Shown here: piece by piece, positions 43,265-53,223 of the stretch
Numbering within the stretch: the first letter of the stretch is position 1
Layout of the letters: each line of letters starts with the position of its first letter
IMG/VR virus record: IMGVR_UViG_3300042864_001965
Origin: a virus
Reading direction: 5' to 3' (one strand)
DNA length: 64,000 nt
Made by a program: the position numbers and the translations under genes
Notes under the pieces: model-generated
Told to the model about the DNA's origin: nothing
The model's database searches: none
What the model saw: the letters and a program-made list of their open reading frames with translations, nothing else

Positions 43265-43789
43265 ATGACTAATTCTAGTTTACAGCGTTTTGATCACGAT
43301 GGTATTGAATTAATTATTAATATCGAGACCGGTGAGAGCTTTGCCTCAATTAGTGGATATGCCCGGATGTCAGGGAAAATACCTTCGACTATTTCTCGCC
43401 GTTTGACCATGAGTGGTTTGCGTGAAAAGGGTCTTGAACAGGCTCAAATTGAGACGGCAAGTGGGTTACGAACCGTTGCATTAATCCCAGAAAATTTAAT
43501 CTGCCAGTGGCTAATTAAAGACAATCACGAACTAGCCCTAAAAGTAATGCAGTTGGGCGTTCGCTTATTCCTTCACACCTTAGCCGGTTTTCAGGTCAAA
43601 AGTGAGGCAATTGAGACTAACAAGCAACTTGAGAGCCAAGTCGCTGAATTGACTGCCAAAATCGACGAATTGGATTATCGAGAAGTTGACTATATCGATG
43701 AAGTCCTCGGCTTAAAAGACCAAATTAAAAAGCTTGAGAGCGAGAACTCTACTCTAGAGGAACAAATCGAGTTAATGGGGGGATATTAG
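43265..43789 (+). CDS. putative DNA-binding regulator, paralog of 29030..29734
   Basis: Shares N-terminal and central blocks with the paralog; C-terminal coiled coil. Confidence 0.45.
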   Translation: MTNSSLQRFDHDGIELIINIETGESFASISGYARMSGKIPSTISRRLTMSGLREKGLEQAQIETASGLRTVALIPENLICQWLIKDNHELALKVMQLGVRLFLHTLAGFQVKSEAIETNKQLESQVAELTAKIDELDYREVDYIDEVLGLKDQIKKLESENSTLEEQIELMGGY

Positions 43790-43872
43790 GGGAAAATCAG
43801 TAAACAACCTTGTTTACTGCTAAAATAAAAAACAGAAATTGACACCATAACTGGTACATAACTGATAAAGCT

Positions 43873-43901
43873 AACCCCTGTAGTCTCTACAGGGGTTTTT
43901 T
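43873..43901 (+). terminator. intrinsic terminator
   Basis: AACCCCTGTAG-tct-CTACAGGGGTT followed by TTTTT. Confidence 0.75.
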
Positions 43902-43966
43902 GTTGTCTAATGCTCGGAGATTAGTGGGTAATGTTCGGAGATTGGCTGGTTGTTAGATTGTTGATA

Positions 43967-43991
43967 GATTGTAGATACTCTTATTAACAAT
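43967..43991. repeat. palindrome-family member GATTGTAGATA-CTC-TTATTAACAAT
   Basis: Read directly. Confidence 0.75.
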
Positions 43992-44110
43992 GGAACCCTT
44001 GATATATATAGATTTCAGACTTTGTTTATATTGTTAGCCTTATTCCCGTGTCAGGATTTTTTATGTTTTTATTGCTGACCCCGATTAATTAGATTGTTAG
44101 TTTGTAAATA

Positions 44111-44135
44111 GATTGTAAATAAGGGTATTTACAAA
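44111..44135. repeat. palindrome-family member GATTGTAAATAA-GGG-TATTTACAAA
   Basis: Read directly; imperfect. Confidence 0.65.
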
Positions 44136-44352
44136 GATAGAAAAGATGAAAGTGTTGATATATATAGCTTTCATCTTTTTTTTACTTCTTTGTAGATATT
44201 GTTAATAATTACCCCGTGTGTATTTTTTTTGTTTTACTGTTGAGCCTGGTGTTTTCTTATTGCTGACCTTGTTTGGTTTCTTTATCTTTTTTCTCTCTAT
44301 AGAGCATCAACAATATCTACAAAGTCTGAAACCTAGGCAGCGCAAAAGTTTT

Positions 44353-44378
44353 GATTGTAAATAAGGTTATTTACAATC
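44353..44378. repeat. palindrome-family member GATTGTAAATAA-GG-TTATTTACAATC (perfect)
   Basis: Read directly. Confidence 0.85.
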
Positions 44379-44591
44379 AAACACAAAAAGAACAAATTAG
44401 AGATAAAGCACTTCTCGCTTTTAAAATTCTCTGATTAACCGAAAATACGGCATTTTGTCAATAGAGTCGGTTTTGCATTTAATGACTTTTTATTGCTGAC
44501 TTTGCTGTGCATCTTTTTTTCTCTTTCTTTTTTCTCTATAAAGCATCGACAATATCTACAAAGTCTAAAGCCTATACCCTGTATAGGTTCT

Positions 44592-44617
44592 GATTGTTAA
44601 TAACCTTATCTACAATC
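44592..44617. repeat. palindrome-family member GATTGTTAATAA-CC-TTATCTACAATC
   Basis: Read directly. Confidence 0.85.
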
Positions 44618-44895
44618 AATTACAAAAGAACAATCGCTCTGTAGTATCTGTAGTATATATAGTATATATAGTACAAATAAATAAAAAAATACCGCCCTAC
44701 GAGAGAGCGGCTACCCATGTCAATCTTTTAAAAAAAATCTATCACAGTCTTAACAAAATTGTCAAGACAAAAAAATAACCGCACTCCCGGGTGGTATAAA
44801 AGAGCGCGGCGGTGTAAATATGTTTTCCTTTTAATTATATCTCAAAAAAGAAAATTCAAGATATAATAGTACAAGAAACAGTATGCACCTCATCG

Positions 44896-45375
44896 ATGGC
44901 TCAAAAAGTCCTTACTGGTAACTATTTTCTTAAAGGGCAGTCGTATCCTACGATTGCCAGTGAAATTGTTATTGAGATTAAAAAAGGATCGACTTGGGAT
45001 GAAGAGTTTTTTGTTCAAGGGGATTTTACTACATGGGATATTAACTTTTATGTAGCAAAGCAATTCGGTGAAGATCGCATGGCAGTCGGGCGAGTTGATG
45101 AATTGCAGTTTGGGGATTTTATTTTACCTTCTAATGAAGATGGAGAAGATCTAATTGAATATCAAGATTATACTTATTTTCGTCTAATCGTTGACAGCAA
45201 TGTTACGGATGAAATGGAAGTTACTCCTATTGCTTTTAAAGAAATCGCACAACCAAAAGCAGGAAGAGATTACTGGCAAGCTGACTTGGAAGCCTCCAAA
45301 ACTATTGCTAATCGGCTCGTCATTGAACCTTTAGGACTAGATTTAATTCCCGTAGTTGTTAGGGGGCAAGTCTGA
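44896..45375 (+). CDS. hypothetical virion-module protein (159 aa)
   Basis: First ORF of a tightly overlapping plus-strand operon. Confidence 0.45.
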   Translation: MAQKVLTGNYFLKGQSYPTIASEIVIEIKKGSTWDEEFFVQGDFTTWDINFYVAKQFGEDRMAVGRVDELQFGDFILPSNEDGEDLIEYQDYTYFRLIVDSNVTDEMEVTPIAFKEIAQPKAGRDYWQADLEASKTIANRLVIEPLGLDLIPVVVRGQV

Positions 45376-45818
45376 TGCCAATTGAGATAACTGGAAGTTC
45401 TAGGCAAGTAATTGTTTCGGCTACTCTTGGAGGTGCTGGATGGTCGCCTGTTTTATCCTTAGTTGCTGATGGTAATCGACGGGTTTTTCAAATAGTTAAT
45501 TGGGTAGGAGGTTCGGGTACTCCTCCAGCAACGGGTGGTTATATTGGACCGTCTGGACCAGTTTCTTCAATTAGCTCTGCTGTTGATGTTCGGGGTTCTC
45601 CTGGACTACCGGGAGAGGGGGGTGCTTTTTACAAGCATACTCAATCGCCTGCGTCTGCAATCTGGACAATTATTCATAATTTAGGCTTTGAGCCACAAAC
45701 TCAAGTTTTTAGTTCAGGAGGAGTAAAAATAGAAGCTTTTGTACAAAACCTTTCTTTAAATACTACTCAAATTATTTTTAGTAGTCCCTTTAGTGGTTAT
45801 GCAATTTTATCGAGGTAA
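45375..45818 (+). CDS. hypothetical protein with short collagen-like Gly-X-Y stretch
   Basis: GSPGLPGEGG; ATGA overlap with the upstream ORF. Confidence 0.45.
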   Translation: MPIEITGSSRQVIVSATLGGAGWSPVLSLVADGNRRVFQIVNWVGGSGTPPATGGYIGPSGPVSSISSAVDVRGSPGLPGEGGAFYKHTQSPASAIWTIIHNLGFEPQTQVFSSGGVKIEAFVQNLSLNTTQIIFSSPFSGYAILSR

Positions 45819-45823
45819 AAACC

Positions 45824-46633
45824 ATGACATTCATCGAATTTTGGTCTGACGCTGAATTTAAAGGAAAAATTCGAGCTTCTGTTGCTCCAGAAAATCCTAG
45901 CGATTTGGTTAATTTTGGTACTGTAAATGCCCTTCTAGAAGGATTTGACTACAAAGATGCCGTATTCGCTTCTGCCCCATCAAATATCAATTTAAATGCC
46001 CCTGGGTCGGTAATTGGTGGGGTCACAATGACTCTAGCCAACTCTCGCTTTATTGCCGCAAATCAAACTAATAATACAGAGAATGGACTATACAACTGGA
46101 ACGGAGCTTCTGTTCCAGCTACCCGCACTGCTGACGCTAGTACAGGAGCCGAACTCAGAAACGCGATTGTAACTGTTGCCTCTGGTAGCGGGAATAATGA
46201 TGAGGGCGTGACTTACAGGCAGATTACTCAATCTGTAACACTCGGAACGTCCCCTGTAATCTGGCAAGTTCACGGGTCGGGTGTTCCCGACGCAAGTGAA
46301 ACTACAGCAGGTAAAGTACAGAGGGCTACTTTAGCCGAACTAGAAGCGGGGGCAGATACAGCCAAATATGTCACCCCTTCTTTGCTTGCTAGTTGGTCTG
46401 GCAGACGGCGATCAGTAACTACTAATCCTTTTGGAGATGGAACTAATACAGTCTTTGTGATCACACATATCCTGACTGATACTAATCCCAGCGTAGAAAT
46501 AATTCGCAATAGCGGTAATAGAGATACTGTAGGAGTTTTTACGGAGCGATTGAGTAATACTTCGATTCGCTTAACCTTTGCTTCTACAGCAGTACCCCCC
46601 GTAAATGGTTTTGTAGCCAAATTATTAGCTTAG
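45824..46633 (+). CDS. putative tail fibre protein
   Basis: SETTAGKVQRATLAELEAGADTAKYVTPSLL resembles the conserved tail-fibre N-terminal motif. Confidence 0.5.
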   Translation: MTFIEFWSDAEFKGKIRASVAPENPSDLVNFGTVNALLEGFDYKDAVFASAPSNINLNAPGSVIGGVTMTLANSRFIAANQTNNTENGLYNWNGASVPATRTADASTGAELRNAIVTVASGSGNNDEGVTYRQITQSVTLGTSPVIWQVHGSGVPDASETTAGKVQRATLAELEAGADTAKYVTPSLLASWSGRRRSVTTNPFGDGTNTVFVITHILTDTNPSVEIIRNSGNRDTVGVFTERLSNTSIRLTFASTAVPPVNGFVAKLLA

Positions 46634-46636
46634 TGC

Positions 46637-46825
46637 ATGAAAGAGTATCTCGGACCAATTGACACCTTAGATAGCATTGCCACATCCCGATGGGTATCAA
46701 ATTACATGACTTGGGCTAATATTTCCGGGAAACCAACCATTCCAATTATTACCTACGGAACTGCGGCTCCTAATAATAGCGATGGATATCCGGACGGATC
46801 CCTGTATTTTCAAATTTCCACCTAA
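46637..46825 (+). CDS. hypothetical protein (62 aa)
   Basis: In-operon ORF. Confidence 0.35.
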   Translation: MKEYLGPIDTLDSIATSRWVSNYMTWANISGKPTIPIITYGTAAPNNSDGYPDGSLYFQIST

Positions 46826-46846
46826 CTTAATCCCTTCGATAAAATT

Positions 46847-47062
46847 ATGAAAATCATAGAAACAATAGAATCTTACACTTTTCAGTCCGATGCGGGCGAC
46901 TGGCATTGCAAATGGTATAAAGATGAAGGTGTTGAGATTTTGCCTCAATTTTTACTAGATTCAAGGCTAATCGTAGCCAGTCCAGTTAATTTCTTGAATT
47001 TATCAACTTTTATAGTCGAAGTTCACGAGTTTGTATCTGCGAGAGAATTATGGCCGCTTTAA
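46847..47062 (+). CDS. hypothetical protein (71 aa)
   Basis: In-operon ORF. Confidence 0.35.
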   Translation: MKIIETIESYTFQSDAGDWHCKWYKDEGVEILPQFLLDSRLIVASPVNFLNLSTFIVEVHEFVSARELWPL

Positions 47063-47889
47063 GTGGGTTATCAGATTTAATTAATAGGCAATCGGGGGGC
47101 AACAATGGCAATCCCGATAATCTTTTTTTCCATAAAGTTCCACGAATCGGGGGAGCTAGTGCTGCGGCACTGGTCGTCGGGAGGGATCATTCTTTGTGGC
47201 AATACGACGGACTTCCGAGTGGTGGGGCTATTCCTACAATTGCCGAAATTCCAGTCCGATCGATGATTGGGTCGATGCCTTTTCTTGCTCCTAGCAACTC
47301 GCAGGAAAAATTTTTAATTCAGGATGGAATTACCTCTACTGTTCCTGGAATTTATCTTCTGTATGATCGCTTGTTTCATATAGGAGGATTGAGCGCTGCA
47401 ATAACCACGGATCAGCCGATTCAAGGTTCTACCGCTCTGACGCGAAATACGAATGGACTTGGAAATATTGCTTTTTACGAAATCTATAGTCAAGTTGGCG
47501 CAACCAGCGCCAACTTGACTATGACCTACACCAATCAAGCAGGTGTACCAGGAAAAGTATCATCCATTAATATCGGAGGAACTGGATTTCGAGAAGCGAC
47601 TCGCGCACAAAGAATTCCTTTAGCTTCAGGGGATACCGGAATCAGAGCAATTGAAAAAATTGCTTTATCAGCCAGCACTGGCACGGCTGGTAATTTTGGC
47701 ATCACCCTTGCGATGCCGATATCTTGGCAGTCTATACCTTTAGCAGGGGTGATGGGTTGGCGCGATTACACGACGGGGTTGCCAGGTATCCCGGCGATCC
47801 ACCCGAATGCCTGTCTTTCTTATATGCTTCGATCGGGAGGGGCAACTGCCCCAGAAATTTTTGGATGCTTGGCTTTTGTGGAGAAATAA
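47050..47889 (+). CDS. hypothetical protein (279 aa), paralog of 47892..48695
   Basis: Shared blocks PLASGDTGIRAIEKIALSASTGTAGNFGITLAMP and PLAPGDTGVREVKSVTLSASTGTAGNFGVALFKP. Confidence 0.5.
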   Translation: MAALSGLSDLINRQSGGNNGNPDNLFFHKVPRIGGASAAALVVGRDHSLWQYDGLPSGGAIPTIAEIPVRSMIGSMPFLAPSNSQEKFLIQDGITSTVPGIYLLYDRLFHIGGLSAAITTDQPIQGSTALTRNTNGLGNIAFYEIYSQVGATSANLTMTYTNQAGVPGKVSSINIGGTGFREATRAQRIPLASGDTGIRAIEKIALSASTGTAGNFGITLAMPISWQSIPLAGVMGWRDYTTGLPGIPAIHPNACLSYMLRSGGATAPEIFGCLAFVEK

Positions 47890-47891
47890 AA

Positions 47892-48695
47892 ATGCCTATT
47901 AATAATTATCAAGATTATCTTAGCCAAATCTCTCTGCAAAATGCAGAAAATTTTCAAGCTAATATAACAACGCAGTTCACACCTGCTAGATTAATATTAA
48001 TTTCCAGATTTTTTCCTACTGCGGCTTCTATCCCTTCTTCAAGTATTGCGCTAGATAATACCAGCCTGCATGGGATAAATAATAATTTATTAGGCACAAG
48101 TGAGTTGTTGTTGCTGGGAGGCCAATTTAATTCTCCAGGAACACACACTTTGATCCTGGTAGATTTGCTTAATATTTCTGGCGGGCTAAATGCGGTTTTG
48201 ACCACAGAGCAAACTACAAATTTGCCATCAGCACCCCTAACAAGATATGCAAATGGGGAAGGGGTATTTGCTGGTTTAATTATTTGGGCAATTACAGGAG
48301 GCATAGTTTCTACATCTTCGATTAATTATATCAATCAAAATAATATATCAGAGCGAATTAGCCCTCCGATATCTTTCCCTTCCTCTACTGGGGGATCTGA
48401 TCGAAGCCCGGGTAGAATACATTTGATACCTCTTGCTCCTGGAGATACTGGTGTGCGGGAAGTGAAGTCGGTAACTTTATCAGCCAGCACTGGCACGGCT
48501 GGTAATTTTGGGGTGGCATTATTTAAGCCTTTGGCTATGATGTCGGTGTCATTCAGTCAGCCGATTGACGCTGTAAGTACTGGGGGATTTACTGGAAGCC
48601 TTTGCAAAATCTTTCCAGACGCTTGTTTGTCTGTTTTTTTATGTCCAGGGACAGGCACTCAGTCTGTTTCAGGTTCTCTTTTTTTTGGGGAGTAA
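47892..48695 (+). CDS. hypothetical protein (267 aa), paralog of 47050..47889
   Basis: The start is trimmed to MPINNYQDY, immediately after the upstream stop. Confidence 0.5.
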   Translation: MPINNYQDYLSQISLQNAENFQANITTQFTPARLILISRFFPTAASIPSSSIALDNTSLHGINNNLLGTSELLLLGGQFNSPGTHTLILVDLLNISGGLNAVLTTEQTTNLPSAPLTRYANGEGVFAGLIIWAITGGIVSTSSINYINQNNISERISPPISFPSSTGGSDRSPGRIHLIPLAPGDTGVREVKSVTLSASTGTAGNFGVALFKPLAMMSVSFSQPIDAVSTGGFTGSLCKIFPDACLSVFLCPGTGTQSVSGSLFFGE

Positions 48696-48699
48696 TCGT

Positions 48700-48897
48700 A
48701 TGGCTTCACGGCGTTTATTTGATTCCGCAACAATAGAAATTGGACAAATTCCCATTATTGATTTAATTCAATTTACTCAAAGTTACGTTAAGGTCAATGG
48801 AGCTTATCAACTTGCAGTACCTTTCATTAAAATCAATGGAATTTATCAGCAGTCGAATCCGGCAATAAAAAATAATGGAATTTATCAATACAGCTAA
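48700..48897 (+). CDS. hypothetical protein (65 aa)
   Basis: GGGGAG Shine-Dalgarno. Contains the repeated peptide NG[AI]YQ. Confidence 0.35.
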   Translation: MASRRLFDSATIEIGQIPIIDLIQFTQSYVKVNGAYQLAVPFIKINGIYQQSNPAIKNNGIYQYS

Positions 48898-49152
48898 ATT
48901 ATTTAAGCTTTTGCAAGATTGATTGACAGGGTTGCGTGCCGCATTTTGCCACTGATTTCCCGACTCTATCCCTCACCATCAAGGAAATCAAGTCAGGTAA
49001 TCGGATGCCAAAAATTTCAAAGATTGATGGATTGCCTACAACGCACTTGATGCCATTAAAGGCTATCTTGCTTGGAAGCATCTACGTGATTTGCAGTCTC
49101 TTTTGCCAACAAACCACCCTTTTAAAAATCGATCGCCGCTTGTCTCTGATGC

Positions 49153-50220
49153 TTAAATATCATCCCATCCACTTAATCCAGAAGACATGACATAGCTGGT
49201 AACAGTAGCTTCAAAAAAGTTTGATTTGGTATGACCTTCCCCTTGAGTATCAGAGAATTTTTCTAAATGAGAATAGGGAGACTTTTTGTATTTATCCTCA
49301 GTAAAAATTGGATTTAAGCCAATCGCTCTTAGTCGAATATTGGCCAAATATTTTGTATATTGATCAGTGCTATCTTCTGTAATTCCTAATATTTGATTGC
49401 CGATAATATGGTTAGACCAATTAATTTCTTGATTGACAGCCTCTAAAAATGAACTTGCTATATCTTTTTTAATTGACTCTTTTGGGAATAATTGCAATGC
49501 TTCCACAATTAATTTTTGATACAAACGAACATGACTCAATTCATCTCGATTAATCATCCTAAAAATATCAGCACTACCGGCCATTAGATGTCTAGAAGCT
49601 AAATTATAAAAATACTGGAACCCATTATAGAAATACAGCCCTTCTAGAATATAATTAGCGACAAGAGAACCAAAATAATTACTCTGTGTTGGGCTGTCAA
49701 TATATTTTTGATAAGAACTAGCAATAAATTCACAGCGATCCTTGAGAACTTTATCGGTGCGCCATAAATCATAAATTTCAGCCCTTTTGTTTGAGGGAAT
49801 AATAGTCTCAATCAAGTATTGATAACTTTGATTGTGCATAGCTTCTTGAGAAATTTGTTCTGCCATACAAAGGCTGATCTCTGGGGCTGTGACGCAAGAT
49901 TTTAAGTGAGGAATATTACAGGTTTGTACAGAATCAAGAAAAGTTAGATAAGACAAAATACCATTATAGGCACGTCTTTCGTCAAGGGTTAAATTATTAT
50001 AGTCAGTTATATCTTGAGTAATATCTATTTTTTGCGGAATCCAAAAATTCTCACGCATCTGTTGATACAAACTTACAGCCCAAGTATAGCGAACATCATT
50101 TAATTGCATCAAGTTGGTGGTGTTACCAAACCAGATCGAACGGGTTTCGATTGCATCATCTCCCGACAGATTGAAGATCGGGGAAATGGGCATTTTATTG
50201 CTAAGACTGATCAATGACAT
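49153..50220 (-). CDS. nrdB: ribonucleotide reductase class I beta subunit
   Basis: Di-iron ligand motifs EAMHNQSYQY, EGLYFYNGF and RDELSHV. Confidence 0.9.
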   Translation of the reverse strand: MSLISLSNKMPISPIFNLSGDDAIETRSIWFGNTTNLMQLNDVRYTWAVSLYQQMRENFWIPQKIDITQDITDYNNLTLDERRAYNGILSYLTFLDSVQTCNIPHLKSCVTAPEISLCMAEQISQEAMHNQSYQYLIETIIPSNKRAEIYDLWRTDKVLKDRCEFIASSYQKYIDSPTQSNYFGSLVANYILEGLYFYNGFQYFYNLASRHLMAGSADIFRMINRDELSHVRLYQKLIVEALQLFPKESIKKDIASSFLEAVNQEINWSNHIIGNQILGITEDSTDQYTKYLANIRLRAIGLNPIFTEDKYKKSPYSHLEKFSDTQGEGHTKSNFFEATVTSYVMSSGLSGWDDI

Positions 50221-50229
50221 AGTTTTACT

Positions 50230-50517
50230 TTACTTTGGTTTCCACTCTTTACATTGTACACAAGAAATAGAAGGATTTACGCTACATTTTAGATTAAAGT
50301 CTTTATGGGTTTCAGGATTATAATATTTACAAGAACTAATCCGATTATATTCATCTGTTAAATAGTATTTGAATTGTTTAACTGTGCAGATTAAATTAGT
50401 CTTAAATCTAAAAAACACTCTATACAAGACAACAGCGACAATTAAAGCAGTATAAAGTAAAAATATACTTAATATAATAGTTGCTAAAAAGTTAATAATT
50501 ACTAATACAATATTCAT
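50230..50517 (-). CDS. small membrane protein with C-terminal Cys motif
   Basis: Hydrophobic N-terminus, then CSVNPSISCVQC. Confidence 0.4.
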   Translation of the reverse strand: MNIVLVIINFLATIILSIFLLYTALIVAVVLYRVFFRFKTNLICTVKQFKYYLTDEYNRISSCKYYNPETHKDFNLKCSVNPSISCVQCKEWKPK

Positions 50518-50522
50518 AATGA

Positions 50523-50630
50523 TTATTTATTTTTTCGAGTATTGATAAAATCTTTAAGAGCTTCAACAATAATAGCTACAATAAATCATACAAAAATTAG
50601 TACAAGTATTGTAAATACTACAATATTCAT
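50523..50630 (-). pseudogene. remnant duplicate of the 5' end of 50230..50517 with in-frame TGA (50586-50588)
   Basis: MNIVVFTILVLIFV-TGA-FIVAIIVEALKDFINTRKNK. Its ATGAATATTGTA start is identical to that of the neighbouring gene. Confidence 0.4.
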
Positions 50631-50674
50631 AATACATAAAATGACATTAATGACATTAGAAGTAATATTTATAG

Positions 50675-52939
50675 TTAATTAGCACAACTAGAACAGCTAT
50701 CTTTAAAGTTATCCTTTTGAACAGTTCGTACATAATAGACTGCTTTACATCCTGATTCCCACGCTAAGATTAAAGTTTCATAAATTTCTTTAACTGTTAG
50801 TGTGCGGTTAGGTTCGTCAGGAAAATAAACTCCTTGATTAAGGTTAAACAGCAATTCCATAGAAATCCCTGTATCAATCCATTTTTGCATTTCAGCAATT
50901 GCCTGAACGACAATCTTTTGGTCAAGATTTTGATTCTCTTGATAATACCAAAAAGAATCTTTGATAAAAGGAGGACAATTAGGAATAGCACCTTTTGAAT
51001 TTTTTTCTGTGAATACCCGCTTAAAGACGGGCAAAACACTAGCAGTACAACCCTGAATTAAAGATGATGTGGTATTGGGGGCTATAGCGGTAATATGGGA
51101 GTTTCTAATCCCGTAGCGTTGTACATCGGAAGCTAGTCGTTGCCATCTATAAAAATGGTGAGATTTATGGGGAGAATTTGACTTAAACCAATCTAATGGT
51201 TTAGTCCCTAATAATTTACCTTGATCCCATTCACTGCTAGAAAAGGCTTGATAATGTCCGCGTTCTTTAGCTAATTCTATTGAAGCGTGAGTACAAAAAT
51301 AGCTAATATTTTCAAACAAAATGTTGATAAATGCAAAAGATTTATACGATAATTTACGTTTAGCCAACCAATCAGCTAATCCCATAACCCCAACTCCAAT
51401 CGTTCGATATTTATCATTATGTTCTTTAGCCTCGCCAATTGGGGGACAAGTGAGGTCGATGGTATTGTCAAGCATCCTGACAGCAAGATGACACATTTCT
51501 GATAAATTAGTAGGAGTGTCAATGTTAGCAAGATTAAGACTAACTAAATTACAGCAATGGGCTGTTTTACTTGGCGTAACGTTACTAAAAGATTCGCAGC
51601 ACAAATTTACACCTGGGATATAGCCATCATGTTTATTAGGATTAGCGCGATTGATAGTATCTTTAAAGGCAAGATAGGGCATACCCGTCTCAATCTGAGA
51701 TCGCATAACATCTTTAAATAACTCCCTAGCGTTAACTTTTTTGTAGAGAGTAATTTCTGTCCCTAGATTATCTTCAATTAATTTGTAAGCATCTTCAAAT
51801 TTTTTGCCCCATAATTCTGCTAATTCTATCCCTAGTTTTGCCCGAACCTCATAAGGATCAACTAATGTCCACTCGGCTTTATTTATTACCCGACGCATAA
51901 ATTCATCGGAGATAACTAATTGAGGAAAAACATCATAGGCTTTGCGTCTTTGATCGCCGTTTTCTGTCTGCATTTCCAGAAATTCTGGCACGTCTAGATG
52001 CCAAATATCAACCCCAACAGTTACTGCCCCGGCGCGTCTTCCCCCCTGATTTACTGCAATAGCTGTATCGTTGAGTAATTTAATCCAAGGAATAATCCCA
52101 CCGGAAGCATTAGCTTTCCCCATTACCCAGCTACCAGTGGCACGGATTCTACTTACATTTACCCCAACACCGCCGCCATTTTTTGAGATGCGAGCAGTAT
52201 TGGTAATCTCGCTAAAAATACTCTCTAGATTGTCTTCCATTGCTACGATGAAGCAACTACTCAAGGAACCATTAGGGGTTCTTAGATTGCCTAAAATTGG
52301 AGTAGCTAAAGAGATTTTTCTTTGAGCTATAGCTAAGTAAATTTGAAACGCAATTTTTAATCTATTCTCTGGGTTTTCCTCTACACTCGCAAGCAATAAA
52401 GCGCAAGCCAGGAAAGCCTCTTGAGGTAATTCACAATCAAGCAAATACCTTTCTGACAGCATGATTGCACCAGCGTAGTCAAAATCTTTATCGTATTCTG
52501 GGTATATCCAATCCCCCGCAATCTTTAAATCGTTTTCGTCATAGATTTCTGTGATTTTCGGATCATAAATACCTCTACCCACTTGCCACTGGACATATTT
52601 AGCGTAGTCGGTTCCTTCCAATCTTCTGAAAACCGTGCGAGATAAATAGCCGCCAAATTCTCTTTTAATCCTTGTATCTTTCCATAATCCCCAGATGTGA
52701 AGTCTTCCGGCTACATACTTCCAATCGGTTTCTTCTACACAAAACAATTGTGTGGCAACATTGATTAAATTTTCTTGAATTTCTCGCGTAGTAATGCCAT
52801 CTCGTAATCGAGAAGTTAATCCTGATTCTAAAGCGAGGGGATTTACTTCTAACCTTTCACACGCCCATTCAACTACTCGTCGAATTTTAGTGATGTCTAA
52901 AGAACGAGTTTCTCCACTTCTTTGAATTACGTTAATCAT
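50675..52939 (-). CDS. nrdA: ribonucleotide reductase class I alpha subunit
   Basis: N-terminal ATP-cone, active-site NLCCESF and CNLVSLNL, C-terminal CSSC. Confidence 0.9.
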   Translation of the reverse strand: MINVIQRSGETRSLDITKIRRVVEWACERLEVNPLALESGLTSRLRDGITTREIQENLINVATQLFCVEETDWKYVAGRLHIWGLWKDTRIKREFGGYLSRTVFRRLEGTDYAKYVQWQVGRGIYDPKITEIYDENDLKIAGDWIYPEYDKDFDYAGAIMLSERYLLDCELPQEAFLACALLLASVEENPENRLKIAFQIYLAIAQRKISLATPILGNLRTPNGSLSSCFIVAMEDNLESIFSEITNTARISKNGGGVGVNVSRIRATGSWVMGKANASGGIIPWIKLLNDTAIAVNQGGRRAGAVTVGVDIWHLDVPEFLEMQTENGDQRRKAYDVFPQLVISDEFMRRVINKAEWTLVDPYEVRAKLGIELAELWGKKFEDAYKLIEDNLGTEITLYKKVNARELFKDVMRSQIETGMPYLAFKDTINRANPNKHDGYIPGVNLCCESFSNVTPSKTAHCCNLVSLNLANIDTPTNLSEMCHLAVRMLDNTIDLTCPPIGEAKEHNDKYRTIGVGVMGLADWLAKRKLSYKSFAFINILFENISYFCTHASIELAKERGHYQAFSSSEWDQGKLLGTKPLDWFKSNSPHKSHHFYRWQRLASDVQRYGIRNSHITAIAPNTTSSLIQGCTASVLPVFKRVFTEKNSKGAIPNCPPFIKDSFWYYQENQNLDQKIVVQAIAEMQKWIDTGISMELLFNLNQGVYFPDEPNRTLTVKEIYETLILAWESGCKAVYYVRTVQKDNFKDSCSSCAN

Positions 52940-53049
52940 TTATTTACTCCTACAGATTTTTAAAATTGTGATAGCCTTGTGGAATTTTCTGTAACGTGAT
53001 CGCCTCACCAAATTTTGCAAGCATTGCGGCTTGGCAATCTTTTACGTCC

Positions 53050-53223
53050 TCAACTTTGCATTTTTCTATCAATTTGTTTTCTATTTGCTGTCTTTAAAGA
53101 GTTAATTATAGCAGTCTCATTGCCGTTAAAACACAGGTTGCAAGGATTAACATAGCAAGGGCATTTATACAGATAAGTGCCGTCGGGAAAGGATTGTCCT
53201 TTTGGGATGATTTGTGTTGACAT
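53050..53223 (-). CDS. small Cys-rich protein (57 aa)
   Basis: Not in the ORF track. CPCYVNPCNLC; the ATG abuts the ThyA-like stop. Confidence 0.35.
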   Translation of the reverse strand: MSTQIIPKGQSFPDGTYLYKCPCYVNPCNLCFNGNETAIINSLKTANRKQIDRKMQS

